Of a DNA stretch of 35,587 nucleotides, positions 9,501 through 18,562 are shown piece by piece. Where the stretch lies: the IMG/VR virus record IMGVR_UViG_3300032212_000679, positions 1 to 35,587 of that record. One strand, given 5' to 3'. The notes beneath the pieces were generated by a model. It was given only the letters and a program-made list of their open reading frames with translations, had not been told where the DNA came from and did not search any database. The position numbers and the translations under genes are program-made. Numbering within the stretch: position 1 is the stretch's first letter; each line of letters opens with the position of its first letter. The stretch comes from a virus (Duplodnaviria > Caudoviricetes).

Positions 9501-11349
9501 TAAGCCAATCTCCGAATGAAGTCCACTTATCAGTCATAGCGTCGAATATCTGGTTATCCATAGACTTCTCTATATCGTCAAACAGATCAAACCAAAACTT
9601 ATTTTGGTCTTTGAAAGTCTTAGCATTGAACTTATTTAAATCAGCTTCCCATACTTGCAACATCTCTTCATTTGTTAACATGCCCGTTTCGGCTAATTTC
9701 TGAAGCTTCAAACCCTCTTCAATATAAAAAGCATTTGACACATCACCGATAGCTTTATAATATGCTAATTGTGTGCCTTCGACTTCTACGTTGTGAGCTT
9801 TTAGTGCTTTAGCCCGGCTTGTATCTAACTCATCAAAATATTTAGTCTTAGCTATTGCTGCAACTTTTTCAAACTGCTCTTTGGTTAAATCCTGATATTC
9901 TTGTGCTAATACACCTTGCTTGATTAACCAAGCAGTTTCATATTCTCCTACAGTTTCATAGTACGTTTCCCAAGAATTTAAGGCTGTTGAAAAATCTTTA
10001 TTTTGCTTATCGTTTCCAGCATCATAGCTTCCATCTTCTCCAAAATCAGCTTTTTTATTTTTATTTTTAGCCTCTGTATTTGTGTCTAAAGATAAAGTGT
10101 ATTTTTCTAGATTATCAACTGTACTAGAAATAGTCTCCTTAACAATATTTAAGCCATCAACATACTCATAATGTTCAACTTTTCTTTTGGCTGCATCTAC
10201 TTCTATGTCTGCCATTGTCTGACGAACTTTGTTTAACTCAATACGACTTTGTTTTACAGATTCATCACTAATGCCTAACTTATCTTTCATAAAATCAGGT
10301 AATACACCATTTGCTGAAGCATTGATCTCATAGATCATCTCGTACCATGCTTCTTGAACACCATAAAAAGCATATTTAGCATTGTTGGCTATCTGCTCAA
10401 TAATCATACTTATAGTTTCAAAAACGTACATTCCACCGATTACAACATTTGAAAGACCTTCAAAACCTTTAGCCGTCATAATTAAACCGCTTCTGGCTAC
10501 AGAATAAAGAGCTTCCATATCCTCTTTGTTGTCTGTGATACCTTTAAACTCAGTACCCAAGTCTTTTAGTGTATGCTTTAAACCATCAAATATACCACTT
10601 TTATTAGCAATATCATTTAGCATTAATGTATATGTGTCAGTTACATTTGATGTAATACCGTTCCATGTATCCATCTGATCTTGCATAGCACCTTTGTACT
10701 TAGAATTAAATAGAGCATTTAGTGTTGATTGTATAACTTCGGAATTGTTTGCAACTACAATGTGTTTTGCTTGACCACTTGAAGTAGTCCAATTGTAAGC
10801 CACTTCATCACCAAGCACTTTAGCTTTTACACCAAACTCTTTTAGTCTTTCATTCTCACCAGTCATGGCATCAGCCATAGCTTCAACTGCTTGTTCTAAA
10901 CTCTTACCCATTCCAGCAGCGGTATCGCCTAAAGTCTCTAAGCTTCCAGTTGTCGGGTCAATACCGTATGCTTTAGCTTTTAAAAATGCTTCGCCTACTT
11001 TTTCCATCTGGTAAGGTGTTTGGGATGTAAATTCTGCAATCCATTCGAAAGACTTTTGAGCAGCGACAGAATCACCCTCTAAAGTTTTTAAAATAGATTG
11101 TTGTGTCTCAAATTTAGCTGCTGTTCCTATTAACTCACCTAGTGCAGCTCTTGCTACATCAAAAGCTTGTTTTAAACCATATATAGCAGCACCAGCGTGT
11201 GCCATATTTGCAAGTCTATCTTGAAACTTCTTGGTACTTTTATCAGTTTTACCTACAGATTTATCCAGGTCTTTAAATTCACCGTTTACAACATTTATAG
11301 CACCGGTCTTTTTATCAACGGAGATTTTTATTTTTAAATCTTTTTCCAT
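6541..11349 (-). CDS. Tail tape measure protein with DUF4214-like repeats
   Basis: 1602 aa; TMP N-terminal motif (TPYQMEKV...GENERLKEFG); Gly/Ala hydrophobic region; FANGGVVDQPTVALFGEAGTEAFVPL C-terminal motif. Confidence 0.92.
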   Translation of the reverse strand: MEKDLKIKISVDKKTGAINVVNGEFKDLDKSVGKTDKSTKKFQDRLANMAHAGAAIYGLKQAFDVARAALGELIGTAAKFETQQSILKTLEGDSVAAQKSFEWIAEFTSQTPYQMEKVGEAFLKAKAYGIDPTTGSLETLGDTAAGMGKSLEQAVEAMADAMTGENERLKEFGVKAKVLGDEVAYNWTTSSGQAKHIVVANNSEVIQSTLNALFNSKYKGAMQDQMDTWNGITSNVTDTYTLMLNDIANKSGIFDGLKHTLKDLGTEFKGITDNKEDMEALYSVARSGLIMTAKGFEGLSNVVIGGMYVFETISMIIEQIANNAKYAFYGVQEAWYEMIYEINASANGVLPDFMKDKLGISDESVKQSRIELNKVRQTMADIEVDAAKRKVEHYEYVDGLNIVKETISSTVDNLEKYTLSLDTNTEAKNKNKKADFGEDGSYDAGNDKQNKDFSTALNSWETYYETVGEYETAWLIKQGVLAQEYQDLTKEQFEKVAAIAKTKYFDELDTSRAKALKAHNVEVEGTQLAYYKAIGDVSNAFYIEEGLKLQKLAETGMLTNEEMLQVWEADLNKFNAKTFKDQNKFWFDLFDDIEKSMDNQIFDAMTDKWTSFGDWLKDFWSSITTSIARGVSSQLSQSLIGGVKDMLGFGATPSTSGSATSTIISTLGKLTGGIFTTGGVTTAASASDAAGTALGAKDLVSAASNLKTATTLFTEGLTSVIYGPSALLGSLAGSASAAGFTGTASVLAGGANVLGGGGVSGLTGGSLAGGIATAGLAGGIGGAALGGLGDMLLGADTQATTGGAIGGATGAIIGSIFPGIGTLLGGIVGSALGAIVGGIFGKTKTTAAGLFSAESLTADSLDELVLFVDKEKKSWFSSKSWTEFTELDEATKKQISSIFSSYDFLLSQLGEFDDIVVSAGKYPNETLQDAIAQSALMAYTGAPTVETLRKQVEGETDVIAIADILYTGLFGRTSGFEVGDKNYNYFVGKLRSLNMTQVIEDLIVRGSHEAISGDVLQGIETFEVWEQYAKDVDMAVGEAITNAFQTVVGVQREFELFALQRDGLDLEALSKQAEFVSNDFNSLAEIMGQTGLTVENFLDRYNEAMRESFTPEAIEQWNTLSDTLMSATNAQDAYNDALAQSIAETETLAQQMAIDEITSLADAYTTFSQGVVEAQRGLNTLNGSFMTFAEAGDDPAKIMKAYQAQLDGETKLHNERLAFLNNELVVAEKLTDYSKTLIDTAESLMVSAMSGEDQLSFTEDKLNRLIADATMKLSVGQDIGTEVSGITALTDEFSKQALEYSGSSREAGFAIAVMANKIEALGGQSGTASTLGDIEEAIILETVAFEVKTDELKDLTETKLQEIIDAYSIGQDALLDVMNESINDYEAFWGADSEIVKAIKDIQLSALSQEGSQVSTAYQSVLGIEADTAGANYWAGELASGALSSSNLGIAVGVAGVENGDISRADYITSLYEQGLGRTPSAKEVDYWANQSNTATEDLASNFEEVAPEFTPFANGGVVDQPTVALFGEAGTEAFVPLPDGKTIPVTLNNPMKAVVAELKALRKDTAQQTELIAQQANEIKALRKENEDQSILLSEIEEKIA

Positions 11350-11351
11350 TA

Positions 11352-11360
11352 TGTTATAAT
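11352..11360 (+). promoter_or_regulatory. Extended -10 promoter for antisense micro-ORF
   Basis: TGTTATAAT, 9 nt before ATG11370. Confidence 0.55.
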
Positions 11361-11369
11361 GTCCTTACT

Positions 11370-11519
11370 ATGAATTTTTTAACTAATCTAACTCTTACAT
11401 TCATAATCGCTTTTATGAGTGTAATCATCACTTTTGTAACTGCTCAACCACTTTGGCTGATACTTATAGCTGTTCGCCTATACTATGTGTATAAACAGAA
11501 CAGAACAGCTACTACTTAA
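11370..11519 (+). CDS. 49-aa hydrophobic membrane protein antisense to tail operon (not in ORF track)
   Basis: MNFLTNLTLTFIIAFMSVIITFVTAQPLWLILIAVRLYYVYKQNRTATT*; fills the gap between chaperone and TMP genes. Confidence 0.6.
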   Translation: MNFLTNLTLTFIIAFMSVIITFVTAQPLWLILIAVRLYYVYKQNRTATT

Positions 11520-11760
11520 CTCTTTGCATAAACTTCTGAAACAATCCTTTTAACGATAGAATAAGTATCTATTGAATCAAGTTCATATTTCTCGCAAAAG
11601 TCTTTAACAATCATGTAGTCGGCTTGCATGCCAGCCATACTAACCTTTGAACTTAAATTAACTAAATTTGCTATAACAATCTCCCAGTCACAATTCAACT
11701 GAGCTTTAAAAATTCCATTATCCTTACCGTTGCTTTTTAGGTGAGTGATAATGTTATTTA
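11516..11760 (-). CDS. Tail assembly chaperone gpT-like extension (read via -1 frameshift)
   Basis: -1 frame after A AAA AAG is open: VNNIITHLKSNGKDNGIFKAQL joins NCDWEIV...AKS*. Confidence 0.75.
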
Positions 11761-12240
11761 CTTTTTTTCTTTAGCCTCTTTTATCAGAATCCCTAATTCA
11801 TTAAAAATAGCCTGAAAACCTATGCCTAAATCACTGATCTCTTTTTTAAGAATTGCTGCATCAGTACCGCTTACACTTAGGTCGTAGCGTTTTTCAAATA
11901 ACTCTGCAATTGCTTTGTTTAATCCAACAATATTTCTGTCAAGTTCAGTTATCTCTTTTTTAAGATTGAAGATAGTTTTATTTAAAGCTTTTTGCTCAAA
12001 CATCACTATAACCCTATCAATAACTTTACCATCCGCTAAGATGTGTTTATTGATCTCAAACTCTTCTATTGCTTCAGACAAAGAAGCTTGCAATGTGTCT
12101 TTTTTTTCATAGTCACTTTTATATTTATCCGTTACTTCATCAAGTTCACTCTGTTGTGCTTGTGACATTTTTTCTGCAACAACTATAGAAAAAGGTTTGT
12201 CATCTATCTCTATAGTAATTGGGAATTTAGTTCGTATCAT
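11758..12240 (-). CDS. Tail assembly chaperone gpG-like
   Basis: Between tail tube and TMP; ends EAKEKK* on slippery heptamer. Confidence 0.75.
   Translation of the reverse strand: MIRTKFPITIEIDDKPFSIVVAEKMSQAQQSELDEVTDKYKSDYEKKDTLQASLSEAIEEFEINKHILADGKVIDRVIVMFEQKALNKTIFNLKKEITELDRNIVGLNKAIAELFEKRYDLSVSGTDAAILKKEISDLGIGFQAIFNELGILIKEAKEKK
11761..11767 (-). other. Programmed -1 ribosomal frameshift heptamer A AAA AAG
   Basis: GAA AAA AAG TAA on minus strand with open -1 frame. Confidence 0.75.
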
Positions 12241-12250
12241 TACATTTCAC

Positions 12251-12811
12251 CTACGCTTTTGGCATGAAGTATTCTTTGAAGTAACCCTCAGCTACCTCTA
12301 GAATCTCGCCATCAAAACCAATAGTTGCATGTTTATCAGTAAAGTAATCTCTAATATCACCGCTTGGAGTAATAACAGCATGATGAACAACTAAAACTGG
12401 ATCTTCAGTACCAGATATGTTCTCACCAATGATTTTGATCTTACCCTCGATCTTTGACAATGTACCACCGTTAACAACTGGAATATCTGTTGCGATTGCT
12501 GCTACAGTTCCATCAGGCAAAGTAGCACCGATTGCAAAATTCTCTGTAGTCTCAGTACCAAACATTGCCATAGCCATGTTTACCTTATCTACGTTTTGAG
12601 TTGTAAAAGAGATAGTTGCATCTGTAGCTGTAGCCACCTTGTCAACTTTCTTTGCAATCCCAGTATCTTTACTCATAGCATCTGCATAAGTTTGTGAGAT
12701 TTTCAGGTTTGCACTTTGTATCTCACCAATCTCTACTTCAGCATCATAAGTTGCACCATTATATTTACTAAAAAGCAGTTTTCCACCACCGATGTATCTT
12801 TCAATTGCCAT
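12251..12811 (-). CDS. Major tail tube protein
   Basis: YIGGGKLLF...IGEIQS...ITPSGD...IGFDGEIL siphovirus tube pattern; position. Confidence 0.75.
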   Translation of the reverse strand: MAIERYIGGGKLLFSKYNGATYDAEVEIGEIQSANLKISQTYADAMSKDTGIAKKVDKVATATDATISFTTQNVDKVNMAMAMFGTETTENFAIGATLPDGTVAAIATDIPVVNGGTLSKIEGKIKIIGENISGTEDPVLVVHHAVITPSGDIRDYFTDKHATIGFDGEILEVAEGYFKEYFMPKA

Positions 12812-12822
12812 GATCTAACCCC

Positions 12823-12978
12823 TTATTTGTCGGTTACAAGCTCTGCTTGTTTGTTTTTAATTAGAATTTTTGATGTACTCTCTAGCACCTCAGTCGTTCC
12901 ACCTATTTCAACTTTTTTGTTGTCTTCACCTCTTAGCACTACTAATGCTTTGATCTTCACTCTTTTTTCATCAGCCAT
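12823..12978 (-). CDS. 51-aa small virion-associated protein (not in ORF track)
   Basis: MADEKRVKIKALVVLRGEDNKKVEIGGTTEVLESTSKILIKNKQAELVTDK*; AAGGGG RBS. Confidence 0.65.
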   Translation of the reverse strand: MADEKRVKIKALVVLRGEDNKKVEIGGTTEVLESTSKILIKNKQAELVTDK

Positions 12979-12988
12979 TTTGACCCCT

Positions 12989-13279
12989 TTATAAGTATTT
13001 AATTTCGGCTTCTAGGACAATCACTTCCCAGTCCAAATTTTCTATCTCTCTTACTAAGCTTACAAACCTTAAGCCACTGTTGTTTTTCACATGATGCGAC
13101 ATTAGATCAGATATGATCTCAGTTGTTATCTGCTGATCTTTACAAATCACTGCAAAAGATGTCATGCACGATCTATCAGAATCTTCAATTGATTTAATAT
13201 CAAGTCTTTTGAAGTCATATTTGATACGATTGTTTATTATCCCTTTGACAATTGGTTTTACTTCATTCTCTAACATCAC
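12989..13279 (-). CDS. Putative tail terminator/completion protein
   Basis: Position between head-tail joining and tail tube genes. Confidence 0.4.
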   Translation of the reverse strand: MMLENEVKPIVKGIINNRIKYDFKRLDIKSIEDSDRSCMTSFAVICKDQQITTEIISDLMSHHVKNNSGLRFVSLVREIENLDWEVIVLEAEIKYL

Positions 13280-13557
13280 TCAACCTCGTCTAAAGCCACA
13301 ATCGTTTCAAGTTCTGTTTCAGTAGGGTTATGGTTCAAGACTTCATAGGTCACACCGTTTATTTCAAAAACGTGACCATCAGCAAGTCCTACAACATCAC
13401 TACTCTGAACTTTTATTAGTTTGTCACTAATGCCACCAACTGTGAAATCATCATCAAAAAATACACCAATCTCAACACCGTTGTATGTAGCATATGCATC
13501 TGCTAGTGCTGTATACATATTCGGTAAATCTCCTGAGAGTGATGTATTAAGACCCAT
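13276..13557 (-). CDS. Head-tail joining protein (gpFII-like)
   Basis: Acidic beta-rich, DGHVFEINGVTYEV motif; position. Confidence 0.65.
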   Translation of the reverse strand: MGLNTSLSGDLPNMYTALADAYATYNGVEIGVFFDDDFTVGGISDKLIKVQSSDVVGLADGHVFEINGVTYEVLNHNPTETELETIVALDEVE

Positions 13558-13892
13558 TACTTGCCAGCCTCAAAATCTACTTTTTCAAGTAAAACTTTGA
13601 TCTCTTTTTTAGTTCCACTAACATCTTCAACTCCACAAGCCTTAGCATAGTCTCTCAACGGTTCTAAATTTAGTTTTGTGTATTCAACCTCTTTTAACTC
13701 TGTAAGTGTCATTTCGCTATAAGGTTTTAACCCACCACCATTTTGAGCCTTATAAGCCTCTTCAATTGATGGTGAACCTTTACCACCTAAGATCATGCTG
13801 TTAAAAAGGCTCTCACCTACAGAGAGAATAGTGTCAGGTTTATAATCCTGACCTCTATAGTTCCCCTCGCCACTCATTTTAATAAACTTCAT
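13557..13892 (-). CDS. Head-associated hypothetical protein with HeH/Rho-N-like C-terminus
   Basis: LEPLRDYAKACGVEDVSGTKKEIKVLL. Confidence 0.5.
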   Translation of the reverse strand: MKFIKMSGEGNYRGQDYKPDTILSVGESLFNSMILGGKGSPSIEEAYKAQNGGGLKPYSEMTLTELKEVEYTKLNLEPLRDYAKACGVEDVSGTKKEIKVLLEKVDFEAGK

Positions 13893-13903
13893 AACAAGAC
13901 CTT

Positions 13904-14239
13904 TTATGCGTTGATCTTAACTAGAATACTTCCAGCAGTTGCACCAGCTTTTGCACTGACCGCTTTACCAGCCAACGTATTAGCAGTTGCAGTTATTGTC
14001 ACAACTCTGTTCGTAGCATCAAAATAAACTATAGCACCAACTGTAATAGCATCAGCCGTTGTTGCTGTGATCTGCCAAACACCTTCAAGCTTAACTGCTA
14101 TAACCTCACCAGTTAAACCAGAAGTTACAGCAACACCGACCATAGTTCCCAAAGGAATTACATCACCTACATTTACATCACTTGTTAGAGTATGGTCAAT
14201 AGTTTGACCCTCTTGAATTTCAATCGCTTCTTTTGCCAT
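13904..14239 (-). CDS. DUF2190-family capsid decoration/cement protein
   Basis: IQEGQTID...VGVAVT...EGVW...GAIVYFD...VKIN pattern. Confidence 0.8.
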   Translation of the reverse strand: MAKEAIEIQEGQTIDHTLTSDVNVGDVIPLGTMVGVAVTSGLTGEVIAVKLEGVWQITATTADAITVGAIVYFDATNRVVTITATANTLAGKAVSAKAGATAGSILVKINA

Positions 14240-14240
14240 C

Positions 14241-16181
14241 TTATGCTCCTAGATTTTTATATAGACCACGGAAGTTTGTTACAACCACACCGAAATCAAA
14301 AACACATTTAAACTCAGCACCATCTATGTCATTACTTTTTTGTTGCACGATTGGTTGTTTATTTGTACCTTGCAGGTATCCGACTTTTACAGTGTTCCTA
14401 CCAGCTGCTAAGTACCAAGGTGTAGCGTCAAGTTCGCTGTCAACAATCGGTGTAACAGAATTTCTATGTGGATTTGACACACCACTGTTTGCATTGCCAA
14501 CATCAGATTCACTGTTTAATAGCTGAAGTGCTGTAGTCTCATTTTCAGGTGCTACAAGTAAGTATTTAGGTGAAATATTTAAAGCTTTTGCACCATCTTT
14601 TTGTCTTCTCATTGCAGTTCTTGCAGCTGTTAAAGTTGTAGTTGATAGGGCAGCACCTGTCGCAGAAACATTTTTATGAGTTGCAGCATCAAATATTGCT
14701 TTAGTGTCAGCCATTTTGTAGTCTACATAATCACCTTTTGCTTGTAAAAGATCATAAACAATACCATTTGATGTACGTTTAGCCATACGACCAAATTCCG
14801 CAACGATGTCCGTGAATACGCCTAAGTCATCATTAATAATCATCTGACGTGTTAATGTAAATTCTTCACCATAGCTTTCTAAAAACCATGATTCACCATT
14901 TTCATCAAACTCAATCTTTTTCTTCTCTCCACCCTCTCTTAGCTTTCTAAGACGTCCATTAAGATTTTTTAGACCAGCTTCCGTTCTAGTTTTAAAGTCA
15001 GGTAATTCTACTCCTTGTGTCCAAATATGAAAGGTTCCCTCTTCTTCCATGAAAGCCTCTGCCATAACACGGTTTGCAACATTACCAAGGAGTATAGGGA
15101 AATCACTTGTACTCATAGCACGATTCACAAGCTCTTGTCTATCAAAACCATCATAGCCGGTTAATGCACGAGCCATATCTAAAAGTGTAGCACCCGCAAA
15201 CTCTCTTGCTTTTTCAGACATATTTGCTGGTGAATACCCACATCTAGACACTACTGCATCTTCTATGTCTCTTCTCATATCAACAGCGGTATCACCACCT
15301 TTAAAGCTAGCAACATTTGAACGCTCTTGGTTATCGTCTAAAATAGCTTTTCTAACCATGTCTAGGCTTGTACCATCAGAAATAAAAGCAGCTGCTCTTT
15401 CTTGGTCTAGTTGACCACCCATTAAAAGAGAAGTGATACCATTTGTTCTTGCTCTTTCATTTGATACTGCATCATCAGCAGTTCTTTGTGTATTCGCAAC
15501 ACCAGCTGCATCATCACCACCTGAAGCTGATCTTTTTTCAAGATCGTTTAACTCTTTTAATCTTGCTTTTTGTGTATCATCTAAAGCATCTATATCTTTT
15601 CTGAGTTGATCTAACTCAGCTCTTAACTTTTCATTCATTGATTTATCTCCCTCAATATCATTTTTATTCCTACCAACAGTAGCACCTTCATCGAATCCAA
15701 TACCAACTGCACTTAACTCACGAATATCAAAGTCAGTTACAGTAACAATGTCAGGTTCGCCTTTACGTTCCTCTACTGTTGCGGTATTGACCTTGTAGCC
15801 GATAGAAACATCTGTAAGTATCCCATCAACATATTTTCTGAATATAGTTTCACTGTTTTCATCAGTTCCAAAAACGACATCTGCTTTCAGTTGACTATCT
15901 TCAACTCTTACATTTTCAACTCTGCCTAAGGCGGAATCAACTGAGCGAATGTGATCTTTGAAAAATGTCTTAAGTCTTTCATAGTTTGCTCCATTTACAT
16001 CAAGTCTTTCAAGATAAATCTCGTCTTTCCACCAATCATATCTTTCACCCTCGTTATTTGCTGAGATTAAAATGAATGGTACAGTTCTGTTAACTTCATC
16101 TATCAAGCTAGTTTCTATACTTGCTTTTCTATCAAAAGAATGTCCTTGTATCTTCTTTATAACCTTATGCTGTTTTGGCAT
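14241..16181 (-). CDS. Prohead protease-scaffold-major capsid fusion protein
   Basis: N-terminal HK97-type protease (DH, VSIGY, ELSAV); C-terminal capsid (STSDFPILLGNVANR, IINDDLGVF, FDFGV); start ATG16181 or 16187. Confidence 0.88.
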   Translation of the reverse strand: MPKQHKVIKKIQGHSFDRKASIETSLIDEVNRTVPFILISANNEGERYDWWKDEIYLERLDVNGANYERLKTFFKDHIRSVDSALGRVENVRVEDSQLKADVVFGTDENSETIFRKYVDGILTDVSIGYKVNTATVEERKGEPDIVTVTDFDIRELSAVGIGFDEGATVGRNKNDIEGDKSMNEKLRAELDQLRKDIDALDDTQKARLKELNDLEKRSASGGDDAAGVANTQRTADDAVSNERARTNGITSLLMGGQLDQERAAAFISDGTSLDMVRKAILDDNQERSNVASFKGGDTAVDMRRDIEDAVVSRCGYSPANMSEKAREFAGATLLDMARALTGYDGFDRQELVNRAMSTSDFPILLGNVANRVMAEAFMEEEGTFHIWTQGVELPDFKTRTEAGLKNLNGRLRKLREGGEKKKIEFDENGESWFLESYGEEFTLTRQMIINDDLGVFTDIVAEFGRMAKRTSNGIVYDLLQAKGDYVDYKMADTKAIFDAATHKNVSATGAALSTTTLTAARTAMRRQKDGAKALNISPKYLLVAPENETTALQLLNSESDVGNANSGVSNPHRNSVTPIVDSELDATPWYLAAGRNTVKVGYLQGTNKQPIVQQKSNDIDGAEFKCVFDFGVVVTNFRGLYKNLGA

Positions 16182-17628
16182 CTTCATCCTCCTCTGTTTC
16201 AGATAAGCCAGCTGCTTTTCTTTTGTCTTTTATCATTACTTCTTCTGCTATTTGTTCGTCAACAATATCTTCAAAGTTTTGACCTTTTGATGCAGCTGCT
16301 TTTGTTTGTGTAGTCATTTTAAGTTCTATCTCTTTTTCGATTGCCTTAATATCTTTAACTGGGTCAACCCACTCACGTCTTGGCATAATCCAAACTGGTT
16401 GAATATATTTAGATTTGTCAGTCCAATAATCTTTTGGCACTGTCAACCTTCCAGCCAAGACCATAGAATCAACAAAATCTGAAAACATAGGTGTAAGAAG
16501 ATTAGTAGTTATACTTAACTGTTCGGCATCAAATCTTTTGTTGTCTTGAATAAGACCAGCTCTTGAAGATGCAAAATTGACTTTGGAATAATCACGAAAT
16601 GCAAGTTCATAAGATATATCTCTACCAGCTGCGATAAGTCTCACTGTTGTTGTCACAAAATCAGGGTAAGAATTACCAAGTTGATTTGACTGTATAGTTT
16701 GAACTTCTTCCTGTGGTCTAAGATATTTAATCATCCCTGCGGTGATCTCTTTGATAGGATCTGGGCTTCCTTGAGCTTGTCCTGTCAACTTATCTTTAAA
16801 CATAGAGCCGGCTGTGTTTGATGTTTTTATAAAAGTTGCGAAAGATGCAAGAATTCTGTTTTTAACTATTTCACTATCGTTATACGCTGCGAAGTCTTTT
16901 AGGTTATTAATTACCTGTGCATAATCTGTAATACCTCTATACTGAGTAGCTCTATCTCTCTCATAAAAATGAATAATATTTTCAGCTTTAAATGCTTTTG
17001 AGCCATTTGAGTTTATGGCTGTCTTAAGCCAGTATGCTGTAGGTCTTCCAGCACTGTTCACTTCTACACCAGAAAACACGCTGTTGTTTTTGTTTGATGT
17101 TTTTGTATTATCAAACATGTCTGATTCTACAAGTTGGAATTTCAATGGAAAAAGTTTATCTTTGGTCCAAACTTTATTTACAAGGATTTCACCATCCATG
17201 AGTTTGTGTTTAAGGGAGAGTTTTTGAAAATCATATAATCCACTTAAGCCAGCTAAATCAAAGTTCTCTTTTTTAATGAACTCTTCCCATAGTCTTTCAA
17301 TGTCTTCATTAAATCTCTTTGCACCCTTAAACTCTTTATCTTTTACTTTTGATTGAAGCCTGATACCAGTACCGACAACATTTTTTACAATAGACTTATC
17401 TATTGACTTTACAATAGGGTTGTTTGCAGACAACCATCTAGCACGAGCTTTTAAAAGTTCTCTATCACTTCCAGCCAACATTTCAAAATGATTATTGGTT
17501 AAGTTAAAATCACGATTTAGCCTTGAAGTCTTTGCACCTTCATAATATGCTCTTTTTAGTTCTCTGCCAACTGTTCCAAAGCTCAGTGCGTTTACAGTTC
17601 TAAAAAGTGTATTTGTAAAGATGCTCAT
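16165..17628 (-). CDS. Portal protein, lambda family
   Basis: LKARARWLSANNP, VVGTGI, QYRGIT, DYSKVNFASSRAGL, WVDPVKD. Confidence 0.93.
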   Translation of the reverse strand: MSIFTNTLFRTVNALSFGTVGRELKRAYYEGAKTSRLNRDFNLTNNHFEMLAGSDRELLKARARWLSANNPIVKSIDKSIVKNVVGTGIRLQSKVKDKEFKGAKRFNEDIERLWEEFIKKENFDLAGLSGLYDFQKLSLKHKLMDGEILVNKVWTKDKLFPLKFQLVESDMFDNTKTSNKNNSVFSGVEVNSAGRPTAYWLKTAINSNGSKAFKAENIIHFYERDRATQYRGITDYAQVINNLKDFAAYNDSEIVKNRILASFATFIKTSNTAGSMFKDKLTGQAQGSPDPIKEITAGMIKYLRPQEEVQTIQSNQLGNSYPDFVTTTVRLIAAGRDISYELAFRDYSKVNFASSRAGLIQDNKRFDAEQLSITTNLLTPMFSDFVDSMVLAGRLTVPKDYWTDKSKYIQPVWIMPRREWVDPVKDIKAIEKEIELKMTTQTKAAASKGQNFEDIVDEQIAEEVMIKDKRKAAGLSETEEDEDAKTA

Positions 17629-17858
17629 TATGAAAAACTCACTAAAGAAGTGTCACCCATAGGCTCTGTGTTTTGGCCCTCGATGTAGTTCGAGCCAAAC
17701 ATGTTGATTTTTTCTACTAGCGTATCTCTTTCAGCATAAAGTCTAAAAAGAATAGCTCTATCAACACTGTTCTCACCTTTTTGGTAGCGTTGAGCTACTT
17801 GAGTTTCTTTGATTCTAGTTTTGACTTCTGCTAATTCTTCACCGAGAGTTTGAGGCAA
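17628..17858 (-). CDS. gpW-like head-to-tail joining protein (likely TTG start)
   Basis: AQRYQKGENSVDRAIL motif; GGAG 6 nt before TTG17858; directly upstream of portal. Confidence 0.65.
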   Translation of the reverse strand: MPQTLGEELAEVKTRIKETQVAQRYQKGENSVDRAILFRLYAERDTLVEKINMFGSNYIEGQNTEPMGDTSLVSFS

Positions 17859-17888
17859 GAGACACTCCAAAATTTGATTTATTTCGGT

Positions 17889-17938
17889 ATTGTGTCAGAT
17901 TTGAGTTTTTTATTTTAGGGTAACTTTTTTACCCTAAA
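17889..17938 (-). promoter_or_regulatory. Candidate late promoter with activator-binding palindrome
   Basis: Perfect 10-bp IR TTTAGGGTAA-N5-TTACCCTAAA (17914-17938) with no U-tract on either strand; weak -10 CACAAT at 17894-17889. Confidence 0.45.
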
Positions 17939-17956
17939 GAAATACTTGAGGTTATT

Positions 17957-18529
17957 TTACTTGAATGTTGGTAAGTTTTTTTCATTCTCAACCTCTAATA
18001 GATGAGCGTCTTTACAGGAATGAATTTTACCCATCAATTTTATTCTTCTATAAGGTGCAAAAACTACATCATAATCTACATAGTTCGCTGTCTTACAAAA
18101 AATAGTATTATTAGATGTATTTTGATATGTCCAGTTTCTGTAATCTGTACTACTAAAAGCAATTTTATCAGTAATATCTTTTTGTACTTGAATTTTCGAT
18201 GGATTAACATTTACAACAGGCACGTCTTGTTTCGGAGCTTGATAAGTAATATTTGTCTCTTTATTATTATTTACTTCAATATAAACAGATATTTTAAATA
18301 ATATATATAGGACCCCTATAGACACCAATGTCAACATTGCTTTAAAAGAAAAGTTTACAATAAAATTTCTTTTTTCATACTGTTTAGTTTCTGTTAATAT
18401 ATTATTATTTAGTTCTATCAACTGGTTATGCTTTTGTAACAGTTCGGTGACTATAATACTTTTAGAACTGTCATCTTCTTTCAACTGAGTATCTTTAATA
18501 TCTGATACCACATCTACTTCATCTTTCAT
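17957..18529 (-). CDS. Hypothetical single-TM membrane protein
   Basis: Coiled-coil N-terminus, TM (AMLTLVSIGVLYILF), Asn-rich C-terminal domain. Confidence 0.6.
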   Translation of the reverse strand: MKDEVDVVSDIKDTQLKEDDSSKSIIVTELLQKHNQLIELNNNILTETKQYEKRNFIVNFSFKAMLTLVSIGVLYILFKISVYIEVNNNKETNITYQAPKQDVPVVNVNPSKIQVQKDITDKIAFSSTDYRNWTYQNTSNNTIFCKTANYVDYDVVFAPYRRIKLMGKIHSCKDAHLLEVENEKNLPTFK

Positions 18530-18562
18530 ACGTTATCCTGTACATAAAAATTATTGTAAGTA

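Noticed and set aside
6840-9600. Apparent codon-usage shift (TTA/GGC-rich) suggesting a mosaic TMP
   Set aside because: Impression only and confounded by Gly/Ala-rich composition; needs a sliding-window codon analysis
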